Positions 19,718 to 29,071 of a stretch of 64,000 bases of DNA are shown one piece after another; position 1 is the first letter of the stretch; each line of letters begins with the position of its first letter. The DNA is from an uncultured Chloroflexia bacterium (GTDB taxonomy: Bacteria > Chloroflexota > Limnocylindria > Limnocylindrales > CSP1-4), in contig CAWKLT010000002.1 of the NCBI GenBank assembly GCA_963850555.1, forward strand, positions 19,725 to 83,724. The letters are read 5' to 3'. Both the position numbers and the translations under genes were made by a program. A model generated the notes under the pieces. The model was not told where the DNA came from, ran no database searches, and saw only the letters and a program-made list of their open reading frames with translations.

Positions 19718-22165
19718 TCAGTCGCCCGGGTCATCCACGTCGTCCTGCGTGATGAACCAGTTCTCGCGGCCGTAGATCTGGCGTGGGACGGCCGGATTCC
19801 GGGGATCCTGCGGCCCGATGATGCCGTTCCGCTCGAGCTCGTCCATGACCCGGCTCGCTCGCGAGAACCCGAGCTTGAGCTTCGTCTGGAGCATCGAGGT
19901 CGAGGCCTTCTGCATGGTCGTGACGAGCTCGGCCGCCGGGATGGTCATCTCATCGACGTCCCGCTTGCGCAGCCAGGCGAACTGGCCGTTGTCGCCACCG
20001 ACACCGTCCTCCGGATCGGCGAACGCGAGGATGTCCTCGTCGTAGAAGGTCTTGCCGCCGGTCTGGTCCATCCAGTGCTTCGTGACGGCGCCGACGTCGT
20101 GATCGCTCACGAACACGCCCTGCATGCGGACGGGTCGTGGCAGGTCGACCGGCTGGTACAGCATGTCGCCCCGGCCGATGAGGTCCTCCGCGCCCGGCGA
20201 ATCGAGCACGGTCCGCGAATCGACGTTGGAGGCCATCGCGAACGCGATCCGCGACGGGACATTGGCCTTGATCAGGCCCGTCACGACGTTCACCGACGGA
20301 CGCTGGGTCGCAAGGACCAGGTGGATCCCGACGGCGCGCGCCTTTTGGGCGATCTTGACGACCGGGTCCTCGACCTTGCGACCCTCGCGCATGATCAGGT
20401 CGGCGAGCTCGTCGATGATCAGCACGATGTAGGGCATGCGCTCGGCGGCGCTCTCCGTGTCGACCGCGACCGAGCCCGAGCCCGCGCCCACGCCATCCGC
20501 CGTCGCGCCAGCGGCCGCATTGGCCTCCGGCCGGGCGTTGAAGGCCGCGATGTTGCGGACGCTGTGCGCCGCGAGCAGCTTGTAGCGATCCTCCATCTCG
20601 CGGACGGCCCAGTTCAGCACGGCCTTCGCCTCGCCCGGCTCGACGATGACGTGCTGGAGCAGGTGCGGCAGGCCGTTGTAGGGAGCGAGCTCCACCCGCT
20701 TGAGATCGACCAGGATCATGCGGACCTCGTCCGGGCGGGCGCGCATCAGCAGGCTCGTGATGAGCGCGTTCACGCACACGCTCTTGCCGGAACCCGTGGC
20801 CCCGGCGACGAGCAGGTGGGGCATCTTGGCGAGGTCGACGGCGTAGGCCTTGCCCGACACGTCGCGGCCCAGGGCGAACGTCAACGGGCTCGTGGAGTCG
20901 AGCATCTGGCTCTCATCGACCAGCGGCTTGAAGCCGACGACCTCGCTGACCGAGTTCGGGATCTCGATGCCGACGACGTCCTTGCCCGGGATCGGCGCCT
21001 CGATCCGGATCGAGCGGGCCGCGAGGGCCATCGCCAGGTCGTCGGCCAGGGCCTCGATGCGCGAGACCTTGATGTGGTGCTCCGGGCGGACCTCGTACTG
21101 GGTCACGACCGGCCCGGAATTGACCTTCACGACCTTGGCCGGGATCGCGAAGCTCAGCAGCTTCTCCTCGATCCGCCTCGAGTTCGACTCATGGTCGAGC
21201 GTGCCGCCGACGAGCGCCACCGGTCGCGGCTCGAGCAGGTCGATGGCCGGCAGGGTCCAGTCGATCGCGTTCAGGGACTCCAGGGCCGTCGGGGCGTCGC
21301 CCGCGAGGGCGGTCGCGGCGCGAGCGGGTCGCGCCGACAGCGAGCCGCTGCCGCCGTCGGAAGGACCCGTCCAGACCGTCTGGCTCATCGGCGACTGGCC
21401 GGATCGTGGTGCCGGTTCGTCCAGGATGCTGCGTGCCGGGTCGTCGAGGACCGCGGCCGCGATAGGGATGGCGACCGGCTCCTTGGTCGGCGCCTTCGCC
21501 TTGGCCGTGCCGTTCGTCGGAGCGGCCTTGGCGTCCGTCGGGCGGGCCTCCTGGGCGCGCCGCAGGGAGTCCGCCGTGGTCGAGCCGACCCAGCGGGCCG
21601 TGCCGGTGAACGGTGAGACCAGCTGGCGGAGCTGCAGGTTGAACGCGAGCATGAGCCCGAGCAGTCCGATCGCCGTCAGCAGCACGATCGCCCCGGGCGC
21701 GGTGAGCAGGGGCTCCAGCGTTCCCCCGAGGAACCGCCCGATCCGGCCGCCGCCCCGCTCCTCGCCGAGGATGTCGAGGGCGAGGATCTCGAAGACGCCG
21801 AGCGCGGCGATGTACGCGATGGCGAGCCCACCCAGGGTCATCCCCCACCCGGAGCCCGCCTTCTTGCCCGGTCCAGCCGCGATCCACCAACCACCGGCGA
21901 GGAGCAGGAACGGCAGCAGCCAGCGGCCGGCCTCGAACCACGGCGCGATGGAGTCGCGCCACCAGTCGGTCAGGGCGCCCTCACCGGGGAGGACCAGGGC
22001 GATGAGCGTGATCGCTCCGAGGGCCATCATCACGGTCCCCAGGATCGAGCGCACGACCTCCGGGTTGACGCGGCCGAAGAAGTTGTTCGTCTTGCGTCGC
22101 CGCGGCGCCCGCGTCGCGCCCGTCTTCGCCGATCGCGTGGTGCTGGACCGTCGTCGTGTCGCCAA
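19718..22165 (-). CDS. ftsK: DNA translocase FtsK/SpoIIIE
   Basis: Intact 815-aa ORF (TTG start 2 nt after the rnj stop). It has N-terminal TM helices, Walker A LLVAGATGSGKSV, Walker B ...PYIVLIIDELADL and a C-terminal gamma winged helix (TSMLQTKLKLGFSRASRVMDELERNGIIGP). Confidence 0.95.
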   Translation of the reverse strand: MATRRRSSTTRSAKTGATRAPRRRKTNNFFGRVNPEVVRSILGTVMMALGAITLIALVLPGEGALTDWWRDSIAPWFEAGRWLLPFLLLAGGWWIAAGPGKKAGSGWGMTLGGLAIAYIAALGVFEILALDILGEERGGGRIGRFLGGTLEPLLTAPGAIVLLTAIGLLGLMLAFNLQLRQLVSPFTGTARWVGSTTADSLRRAQEARPTDAKAAPTNGTAKAKAPTKEPVAIPIAAAVLDDPARSILDEPAPRSGQSPMSQTVWTGPSDGGSGSLSARPARAATALAGDAPTALESLNAIDWTLPAIDLLEPRPVALVGGTLDHESNSRRIEEKLLSFAIPAKVVKVNSGPVVTQYEVRPEHHIKVSRIEALADDLAMALAARSIRIEAPIPGKDVVGIEIPNSVSEVVGFKPLVDESQMLDSTSPLTFALGRDVSGKAYAVDLAKMPHLLVAGATGSGKSVCVNALITSLLMRARPDEVRMILVDLKRVELAPYNGLPHLLQHVIVEPGEAKAVLNWAVREMEDRYKLLAAHSVRNIAAFNARPEANAAAGATADGVGAGSGSVAVDTESAAERMPYIVLIIDELADLIMREGRKVEDPVVKIAQKARAVGIHLVLATQRPSVNVVTGLIKANVPSRIAFAMASNVDSRTVLDSPGAEDLIGRGDMLYQPVDLPRPVRMQGVFVSDHDVGAVTKHWMDQTGGKTFYDEDILAFADPEDGVGGDNGQFAWLRKRDVDEMTIPAAELVTTMQKASTSMLQTKLKLGFSRASRVMDELERNGIIGPQDPRNPAVPRQIYGRENWFITQDDVDDPGD

Positions 22166-22167
22166 GG

Positions 22168-23850
22168 CTAGACCTCGACCACGACGGGAAAGACCATGGG
22201 CCGGCGCTTCGTCTGCTCGTAGAGGTAGCGCGAGACGCCCTCCTTGATCTGCGACTTCAGGAGTGCATGCTCGGCGATGTGGTCGCCTGGCGTATCGATC
22301 GCCTTGATCACGCGCTCGACGGCTCCTTCCATGAGCGGATCCTGCTCGTTGAGCTTGACGAAGCCGCGCGTCACGATCTCGGGTCGGCCGACGACCGAGC
22401 CCGTCTGCTTGTCGACGGTCACGACGATCATGAACATGCCGTCGTTGGCCAGGGATCGGCGGTCGCGCAGGACGATGTCGCCCACGTCGCCGACCGACAG
22501 CCCATCGACGAACACGTAGCCAGCGGTGACCGGGGCGCCGCGCCGGGCGGACCCGTCGGCATACAACTCGATGGGCATGCCGTTCTCGATGATGAACACG
22601 TTCTCGGGCTCGACGCCCGTCTCGGTGGCCAAGCGGCCGTGCTGGACCTGCATCCGGAACTCGCCGTGGATCGGGATGAAGTACTTCGGCTTGGTCAGCC
22701 CGAGCATCAGCTTGAGCTCCTCCTGGCTGGCGTGCCCCGAGACGTGCGCCCGCTTGATGGTGTGGTAGTACACGTTCGCGCCGGCCTTGAACAGATTGTC
22801 GATAGTCCGGGAGACGTACTCCTCGTTCCCGGGGATCGGGCTCGCGCTGACGATGACGGTGTCGCCGGGCTGGATCTCGACGAATCGGTGGTCGCGGTTG
22901 GCCATGCGCGCAAGGCCGGCCATGGGCTCGCCCTGGGCGCCGGTCGTCGCGATGACTAGGTTGCTGTCCGGATGGTCCTTGATCTTGTCCTTCGACACGA
23001 TCTGCGAGGCCTCGTACTTCAGGTAGCCGAGGTCCGTGGCGATCCGGAAGTTCTGCTCCATCGAGCGGCCGATGACCGCGACCTTGCGACCCATGGACGC
23101 GGCGGCGTCGAGCACCTGCTGGACGCGGGCGATGTTGCTGGCGAAGGTCGCGACGATCACGCGCCCGTCGAGCGGCTCCATGATCTCGCGGAATGCCTCG
23201 CCGACGGTCCGTTCCGACGGGGTGTAGCCGGGGTTCTCGGCTCGCGTGGAGTCGGACAGGAGGCAGATGACGCCTTCGGCGCCGAGCTTGGCCAGGATCG
23301 CGAAGTCGGACAGCTTGCCGTCGACCGGGGTGTGGTCGAACTTGAAGTCGCCGGTGTGGACGATCGTGCCGACCGGGGTCTTGAGGGCGATGCCCATCGC
23401 GTCCGGGATCGAGTGGCCGACCCGGAATGGCACGACGCGGAACGGCCCGATGTCCGTCTCGTCACCCGGCTCGAGCGCGATGAGCGGGTTGTTGTGGAGC
23501 TTGTGCTCCTTGATCTTGTTGCCGAGCAGGCCGCGCGCGAGGGTGCTCGCGTAGACCGGCACGCCCGGGAACTCGGGGAGGACGTAGGGCAATGCGCCGA
23601 CGTGGTCCTCGTGGGCGTGGGTGATGAGGAACGCCCGCACCTTGGCGCGGTTCTCCTTGAGGTAGCTGATGTCGGGGATGACGAGGTCGATGCCGAACAT
23701 CTCCTCGTCCGGGAACATGAGGCCGCAGTCGATGACGACGATATCGTCGCCGTACTCGAACACGTACATGTTCTTGCCGATCTCCCCCACCCCGCCGAGC
23801 GGGATGATGCGGAGCGGCTGGTCGGTATTGGTTGTTTGGTTGAAGGTCAT
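22168..23850 (-). CDS. rnj: ribonuclease J
   Basis: ATG 23850 within ORF 22168..24081 gives 560 aa. Motifs: LRIIPLGGVGEIGKNMYVFEY, metallo-beta-lactamase motif ITHAHEDHVGALPY, beta-CASP and C-terminal domains. Confidence 0.95.
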   Translation of the reverse strand: MTFNQTTNTDQPLRIIPLGGVGEIGKNMYVFEYGDDIVVIDCGLMFPDEEMFGIDLVIPDISYLKENRAKVRAFLITHAHEDHVGALPYVLPEFPGVPVYASTLARGLLGNKIKEHKLHNNPLIALEPGDETDIGPFRVVPFRVGHSIPDAMGIALKTPVGTIVHTGDFKFDHTPVDGKLSDFAILAKLGAEGVICLLSDSTRAENPGYTPSERTVGEAFREIMEPLDGRVIVATFASNIARVQQVLDAAASMGRKVAVIGRSMEQNFRIATDLGYLKYEASQIVSKDKIKDHPDSNLVIATTGAQGEPMAGLARMANRDHRFVEIQPGDTVIVSASPIPGNEEYVSRTIDNLFKAGANVYYHTIKRAHVSGHASQEELKLMLGLTKPKYFIPIHGEFRMQVQHGRLATETGVEPENVFIIENGMPIELYADGSARRGAPVTAGYVFVDGLSVGDVGDIVLRDRRSLANDGMFMIVVTVDKQTGSVVGRPEIVTRGFVKLNEQDPLMEGAVERVIKAIDTPGDHIAEHALLKSQIKEGVSRYLYEQTKRRPMVFPVVVEV

Positions 23851-23869
23851 TGGGTTCCTGTGTGAGGGG

Positions 23870-24688
23870 TCAGAAGAGACTGAGCTGGTCGGCGGCGGGC
23901 TCGGTGTCCGGGAGCGTAGCGGCCGACGTGGGTGGCGTCGTGGGGACGGTGGGGCCCGTGTCGAGCGGGTCCGCCTGCGGCTCGGGGTCGACCGGTGATG
24001 GCGCCTTGTCGGGGGTTCCAGCGCTCGGGGCGGCCGCTGCTCCGTCGGCGATCGGCGTCGCCTGGGCGTTTCGCGCCGCACGGCGGGCCTCGGCGCGACG
24101 GGCGCGGGCTTCGGTCAGAACGGTGGGGATGAGCGCCACGTCCTCGTAGCTCTCTCGCTCGATGCCGGGCGTCCGCAGGGCAGCCGCCGGGTGATACATG
24201 GCGAATACCGTGGCGTCCCGGGCACCGGTCGCCGGGTCGGCGACGCGTGTCGTGCCGTGCGCCTGTGAGATCCGGGTGCCCGGCATGAACCGGCCCATCG
24301 AGTGCCGGCCCAAGGTGACGACCACGGACGGGTCGAGCGTCGCGAGCTGCCGTTCCAGGTACGGGGCGCAGGCCGCGACCTCGTCCGGTTCGGGATCGCG
24401 GTTGCCGGGCGGACGGCACTTCACGATGTTCGTGATGAACACGTCCTCGCGGCTCCAGCCGATGTGGCCGAGCAGGTTCACGAGCAGGCCGCCGGCGCGG
24501 CCGACGAACGGCCGGCCTTCGCGGTCCTCGTTCATGCCCGGGCCCTCGCCCACGAAGACGACCTCCGTGGAGGCATCGCCTTCACCGGGCACGGCCTTCG
24601 TGCGGGTCTCGTGGAGGCGGCACCGCGTGCAGACGCGAACCTCCCCGGCGATCTCCTCGAGCGCCGCGCGGCGCTCGGCGTCGGTCAC
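23870..24688 (-). CDS. udg: uracil-DNA glycosylase, family 4, with Pro/Ala/Thr-rich C-terminal tail
   Basis: GTG 24688 overlaps the asd stop (GTGA). Motifs: CTRCRLH, FVGEGPGMNEDREGRPFVGRAG, NIVKCRPPGNR, MYHPAAALR. The last ~70 aa are low-complexity. Confidence 0.85.
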   Translation of the reverse strand: MTDAERRAALEEIAGEVRVCTRCRLHETRTKAVPGEGDASTEVVFVGEGPGMNEDREGRPFVGRAGGLLVNLLGHIGWSREDVFITNIVKCRPPGNRDPEPDEVAACAPYLERQLATLDPSVVVTLGRHSMGRFMPGTRISQAHGTTRVADPATGARDATVFAMYHPAAALRTPGIERESYEDVALIPTVLTEARARRAEARRAARNAQATPIADGAAAAPSAGTPDKAPSPVDPEPQADPLDTGPTVPTTPPTSAATLPDTEPAADQLSLF

Positions 24689-25758
24689 GCCGGGGTTCCG
24701 GCCGCGTTTCGTGCCGCGGCGGCCTTGACCCAGCCCCGCTCGACCAGGATCTCGGCAAGTTGCACGGCGTTGGTGGCCGCGCCCTTGCGCAGGTTGTCGC
24801 TCACGACCCAGAAGGCGAGTCCGCGACCATCCGCGATGGACGGGTCCTGCCGAACTCGACCGACGTAGACCTCGTCCGATCCGGCCGCCTCGGTCGCGAG
24901 CGGATACGTCGAGGTGGATGGGTCGTCCTGGACGACGACCCCGGGCACGGCGGCGAACAGGGTCCGGGCTCGGTCGGGCGTGATGGGCTCGCGGGTCTCG
25001 ACGTGGACCGCCTCGCTGTGCGCCACGAAGACCGGCACGCGGACTGCCGTGCACGAGACGCGCAGGTCCGGCAGATGCAGGATCTTGCGGCTCTCGGTCA
25101 CGACCTTCCACTCTTCCTTGGTGTAGCCGTTGTCGAGGAAGACATCGACCTGCGGGAGGGCATTGAGCGCGATCTGGTGGGGGTAGACGCTGGCTTCGAG
25201 CGGATGCCCGCCGACGTACGCCTCGAGCTGGGCCTGCAGCTCCTTGATGGCCTTCCCGCCGGTGCCGCTGACGGCCTGATAGGTATCGACCACGACCCGT
25301 TCGATGCCGACGGCGTCGCGCAGCGCCATGAGCACGGGCACGAGCTGCATCGTCGAGCAATTGGGATTGGCGATGATGCCCTCGTGCCGCTCCAGGTCGT
25401 CCGGATTGACCTGCGAGACGACGAGCGGTACGTTCGGGTCCATGCGCCAGGCCGACGAATTGTCGATGACGGTCGCGCCGCGCTCGGCCGCGAGGGGCGC
25501 CAACGCCTTCGAGGTATCGCCGCCGGCGCTGAAGAGCGCGATATCGACGCCTTCGAAGGACTCGGCCGTCGCCTCGCTGACCGGATGCTCCGTCCCATCG
25601 ATATCGACCGTCCGGCCAGCCGAGCGCGCAGAGGCGAGGAGTCGCAGCTCCCCGATCGGGAAACGGCGCTCACGAAGCATCCGGATCATCGTTCCGCCGA
25701 CGGCGCCGGTGGCGCCGACGACCGCGATATTGAGGGGTTTCGAGTTCATCGTGGGCAT
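24685..25758 (-). CDS. asd: aspartate-semialdehyde dehydrogenase
   Basis: Intact 357-aa ORF with NIAVVGATGAVG (NADP-binding), the active-site motif IIANPNCSTMQL and ...SDNLRKGAATNAVQLAE. Confidence 0.95.
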   Translation of the reverse strand: MPTMNSKPLNIAVVGATGAVGGTMIRMLRERRFPIGELRLLASARSAGRTVDIDGTEHPVSEATAESFEGVDIALFSAGGDTSKALAPLAAERGATVIDNSSAWRMDPNVPLVVSQVNPDDLERHEGIIANPNCSTMQLVPVLMALRDAVGIERVVVDTYQAVSGTGGKAIKELQAQLEAYVGGHPLEASVYPHQIALNALPQVDVFLDNGYTKEEWKVVTESRKILHLPDLRVSCTAVRVPVFVAHSEAVHVETREPITPDRARTLFAAVPGVVVQDDPSTSTYPLATEAAGSDEVYVGRVRQDPSIADGRGLAFWVVSDNLRKGAATNAVQLAEILVERGWVKAAAARNAAGTPA

Positions 25759-25796
25759 GGCTCGGCTATGGACTGGGTCTGGTCGGGCACGGCGGG

Positions 25797-25802
25797 AGTA
25801 TA
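25797..25802 (-). promoter_or_regulatory. candidate -10 element TATACT(CCCGC) upstream of asd
   Basis: Minus strand reads gctggTATACTcccgcc, 39 nt upstream of ATG 25758. It belongs to the recurring TAYACT-CC(C)GC motif set in this window. Confidence 0.35.
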
Positions 25803-25923
25803 CCAGCGAGGCTCGGCCGCTCCAGCACAGGCCCGGTTCGAATGCCCGTAGCGCCCGTGTGCCGGAACGTGACGACCGGCCGGCTCCCGAGGGAACCGAC
25901 CGGTCGTCTTGGGCAGCTGAGGG

Positions 25924-25943
25924 GCCGGGCGCGATCGCCCGGC
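25924..25943 (-). terminator. GC-rich hairpin immediately downstream of pnp (terminator-like, no U-tract)
   Basis: gccgggcg-cgat-cgcccggc forms an 8-bp perfect stem starting 10 nt after the pnp stop. A second long imperfect hairpin lies at 25871-25908. Confidence 0.4.
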
Positions 25944-25952
25944 GGTTTCGGC

Positions 25953-28536
25953 CTAGACGGTCTCCTTGGCCAGGTGGCGCTGCATCGCGGCCTTGCGCGA
26001 GAGGTTGACGCGGCCCTGCCGGTCCACCTCGAGCACGACGACCATGATCTCGTCACCGACGGACACGACGTCCTCGACGGTCGGCACGTGGTAGTCGGCG
26101 AGCTCGCCGATGCGCACGAGGCCTTCCTTGCCGGGAAGGATCTCGACGAACGCGCCGAAGCCCATGATCCGGGTGACCTTGCCCATGTATAGGGCACCGA
26201 CCTCGACGTCGCGGGTCAGCGACTCGATCCACTGGATCGCCTTGCGCGAGTTCTCGCCGGAGACGGCCGCGATCTCCACGGTGCCGTCGTCCTCGACGTT
26301 GATCTCGGTCTGGGTCTCTTCCTGGATCTTGCGGATCATCGACCCACCCTTGCCGATGATCTCGCGGATCTTCTCGGGGTTGATCTTGATCGTGATGATG
26401 CGAGGAGCGAAGTCGCTCATGTCGGCGCGGGCCTCGGGGAGGACCTCGGCCATCTTGTCGAGGATCGTCAGTCGCGCGTTCAGGGCCTGCGCCAGGCCGT
26501 CGCGGATGATCGCCTCGCTGATGCCCTGGACCTTGATGTCCATCTGCAGGGCGGTCACACCGTCCCGCGTACCGGTCACCTTGAAGTCCATGTCGCCGAT
26601 CGAGTCTTCCTTGCCGAGGATGTCGGTCAGGACGACGAACCGGCCATCAGGCTCGCTGATCAGGCCCATCGCCGCTCCGGCGACGGGTGCCTTGATCGGC
26701 ACGCCGGCGTCCATGAGCGCAAGCGTCGAGCCGCAGGTCGAGGCCATCGAGGTGGACCCGTTCGACGTCACGCACTCGCTGACGAGGCGGATGACATACG
26801 GGAACTCGTCGTGGCTCGGCAGGACCGGGACGAGCGCGCGCTCGGCGAGGTGGCCGTGGCCGATGTCACGCCGGCTGGGCCCGCGCATCATCTTGTTCTC
26901 GCCGGTGCTGTAGGGCGGGAAGTTGTAGTGGTGGAGGTAGCGCTTCTCGGTCTCCGGGCTGATCGTGTCGATCCGCTGGACGTCCGAGGACGAGCCGAGC
27001 GTGGCGACGGTCAGCGCCTGGGTCTCGCCGCGCGTGAACAGGCCGGAGCCGTGCGCTCGCGGGACCAGGCCCACCTCGACCGAGATCGGACGGATGTCCG
27101 TCAGGCCGCGGCCGTCGATCCGGATGCCCTCGTCGAGGACGATCTGGCGGACGGTCTTCTTCTGGACCAGGCTGAACAGGTTCTTGCTGACGCGGGCCTC
27201 GCGCCGGGCCGCCTCGAGCAGCGCGGGCGTGTCGCCACCGCTGCGCTGAGCGCGGACGGCGTTGCCGATCGACTCGCGAAGGGCCGTGATCCGACCGGGC
27301 AGGTCGTTGGCGAACCAGAGCAGCAGCTCCGCGGTCGCCTCGGCGTCCGGAAGGGCGCGATGGCTCTGCGAGAGCTCGACGCCGAAGAAGCGCGCCAGGT
27401 CACCGAGCTTGTACGACTCGGCGCCGGGATAGCCCTCGCGGGCGATGACCAGCGTGTCGAGGTAGCTGCCCGGTCTGGAACCGGAACCCCTCGCCCCTGG
27501 CCTCTTCGATGAAGCCGAGGTCGAAGCCGACGTTGTGGCCGACGATCAACGCGTCCCCGACGAAGGCCAGCAGCTTGTCGGCCGCCTCCTTGGGGCTGGG
27601 CGCGCCCTGGACGTCCTTGTCGGTGATGCCGTGCATCTGGTTCCCGACGATGGATCGGCCCGGGTTCACGAACGTCGACCAGCGGTCGACGATCTTCGTG
27701 CCCTTGATCTTGACCGCGGCGACCTCGACGAGGTCCGACATCTTGGGATCGGTGCCGGTCGTCTCGACGTCGATGACGACGAGCTCGCGCTTGGCGTCCG
27801 TCGCGGACGCGAAGTCCAGCACGGAGTCGGTCAGCGGCTCGATGTACGGGATCCGCTTGGCCTTGCCGACGGCCTTCTGGAGCTGCTCCTGAAGGTCGAC
27901 GATGGGCTGGAGGGCCCGATGGCCGAACAGGATCGCCTCGGCCATGACGGCCTCGGGCAGCAGGTTCGCACCGGCCTCGACCATCATGATCGCGTCGCGG
28001 GTGCCGGCGACGATCAGGTCGAGCTCGGAGTCCTTCATCTGGCTGAAGGTCGGGTTGACGACGAACTCGCCGTCGATCCGGCCGACGCGGACCGATGCGA
28101 TCGGGCCGTTGAACGGGATCTCGCTGATCGTGAGCGCCGCGGATGCGGCGATCGTGCCGACGACGTCCGGCAGGTTCTCCTGATCGGTCGAGAGGACCGT
28201 GATCACGAGCTGGACATCGTCCTTGTAGCCCTTCGGGAAGAGCGGGCGGATCGGCCGGTCCGTCTGGCGGGCGGCCAGGATCGCGTTCTCGGACGGGCGC
28301 GCCTCGCGCTTGATGAAGCCGCCCGGGATCTTGCCCGCGGCGTACATGCGCTCCTCGAAGTCGACCGTGAGCGGGAAGAAGTCGAGGCCGGGGCGCGGCT
28401 CGGAGCGGTTGGCCGTCCCGAGCACCATGGTGTCACCGTATCGGACGGTGACGGAACCGCCGGCGAGCGTTGCGAGCTTGCCGGTCTCGATGGTCAGCGT
28501 GCGACCACCGATCTGTGTCTCGAATGTTTGAGACAA
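25953..28536 (-). CDS. pnp: polyribonucleotide nucleotidyltransferase (PNPase) with an inserted DEDDh 3'-5' exonuclease domain; frame broken once
   Basis: ORF 27400..28536 (TTG start, SD AAGGAGGA) has RNase PH domain 1 ([28 protein letters not shown]), then VVIDVETTG and [13 protein letters not shown]. The hand-translated open frame 27479-27075 continues [13 protein letters not shown]...[15 protein letters not shown]...[17 protein letters not shown] into ORF 25953..27074 (PH2, [14 protein letters not shown]1 [23 protein letters not shown]). The junction is at ~27470-27478, and the span length is 3n+1. Confidence 0.9.
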
Positions 28537-28545
28537 GGGAAACGA

Positions 28546-28644
28546 TCCTCCTTGTCGTGGAGGAGGGAGACGACCCGCGGGCGGGTCGGCCTGCTGCGCT
28601 GCTGGCCCCTAGGTAGACGCGAACCTCGGGGTAACGCCCGAGGT
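28546..28644 (-). promoter_or_regulatory. structured rpsO-pnp intergenic leader (candidate pnp autoregulatory / RNase III target hairpins)
   Basis: Minus-strand RNA: hairpin ACCUCGGG-CGUUAC-CCCGAGGU (28644-28623) lies 16 nt after the rpsO stop. A GC hairpin lies at 28588-28571. UCCUCC (28564-28559) can pair with the pnp SD GGAGGA (28551-28546). Confidence 0.4.
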
Positions 28645-28659
28645 CCGGAACGGCGGGTG

Positions 28660-28929
28660 CTAGCGGCGGAGTCCGAGCCGTCCGATGACGGTCCGGTAAC
28701 GCGCGCTGTCCTTCTTCATCAGGTAGGCGAGAAGGCGACGGCGCTGGCCGACGAGCTTGAGGAGGCCGCGGCGCGAATGGTTGTCCTTGGGGAAGCTGCG
28801 AAGATGCCCGGTCAGTTCCGCGATCCGCTCGGTAAGGAGCGCGACCTGGACTTCGGGCGAACCGGTGTCACCTTCCTTGGTGGCATACCCGGTGATGATC
28901 TCCTGCTTCTGTTCCCGCGCGAGCGGCAC
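28660..28929 (-). CDS. rpsO: 30S ribosomal protein S15
   Basis: GTG 28929 (SD GGAGGA 4 nt upstream) within ORF 28660..28968 gives 89 aa: ...[49 protein letters not shown]...GLRR. Confidence 0.95.
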   Translation of the reverse strand: MPLAREQKQEIITGYATKEGDTGSPEVQVALLTERIAELTGHLRSFPKDNHSRRGLLKLVGQRRRLLAYLMKKDSARYRTVIGRLGLRR

Positions 28930-28981
28930 TCGGTCCTCCGACACGATCTGTGCTTGATGTTCTTCCATCTATGACCGGCGG

Positions 28982-28987
28982 ATGTTA
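28982..28987 (-). promoter_or_regulatory. candidate -10 element TAACAT(CCGCC) upstream of rpsO
   Basis: Minus strand reads cctgcTAACATccgccgg, ~50 nt upstream of GTG 28929. Same motif family as the asd, nusA, rpsB, rplS and ffh upstream regions. Confidence 0.3.
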
Positions 28988-29071
28988 GCAGGCCGCCGGG
29001 AATGCGGCAAACGTTCGCGGTCCGTGGCTGGCGTCCGGCCGACCCCGCATCGGTCGGGTACGATCGAGCAC

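Noticed and set aside
19259-21616. 785-aa plus-strand ORF antisense to ftsK. Similar long antisense ORFs occur elsewhere (35115..36938 opposite nusA; 60196..62232 and 61712..63754 opposite smc; 4124..5707 upstream part).
   Set aside because: Their translations are Arg/Gly/Asp/His/Ser/Ala low-complexity with no recognisable motifs. They lie exactly opposite strongly conserved genes. Long stop-free antisense frames are expected at ~70% GC.
25820-25850. tRNA-like GGTTCGAAT (T-loop-like) string in the pnp-asd spacer. A GGGGTCGTTCGATTCCGGGGTC string occurs near 46700.
   Set aside because: The flanking bases do not form a T-stem, and no acceptor, D or anticodon arms can be drawn. I found no convincing tRNA, rRNA, tmRNA, RNase P or SRP RNA signature in any intergenic region.
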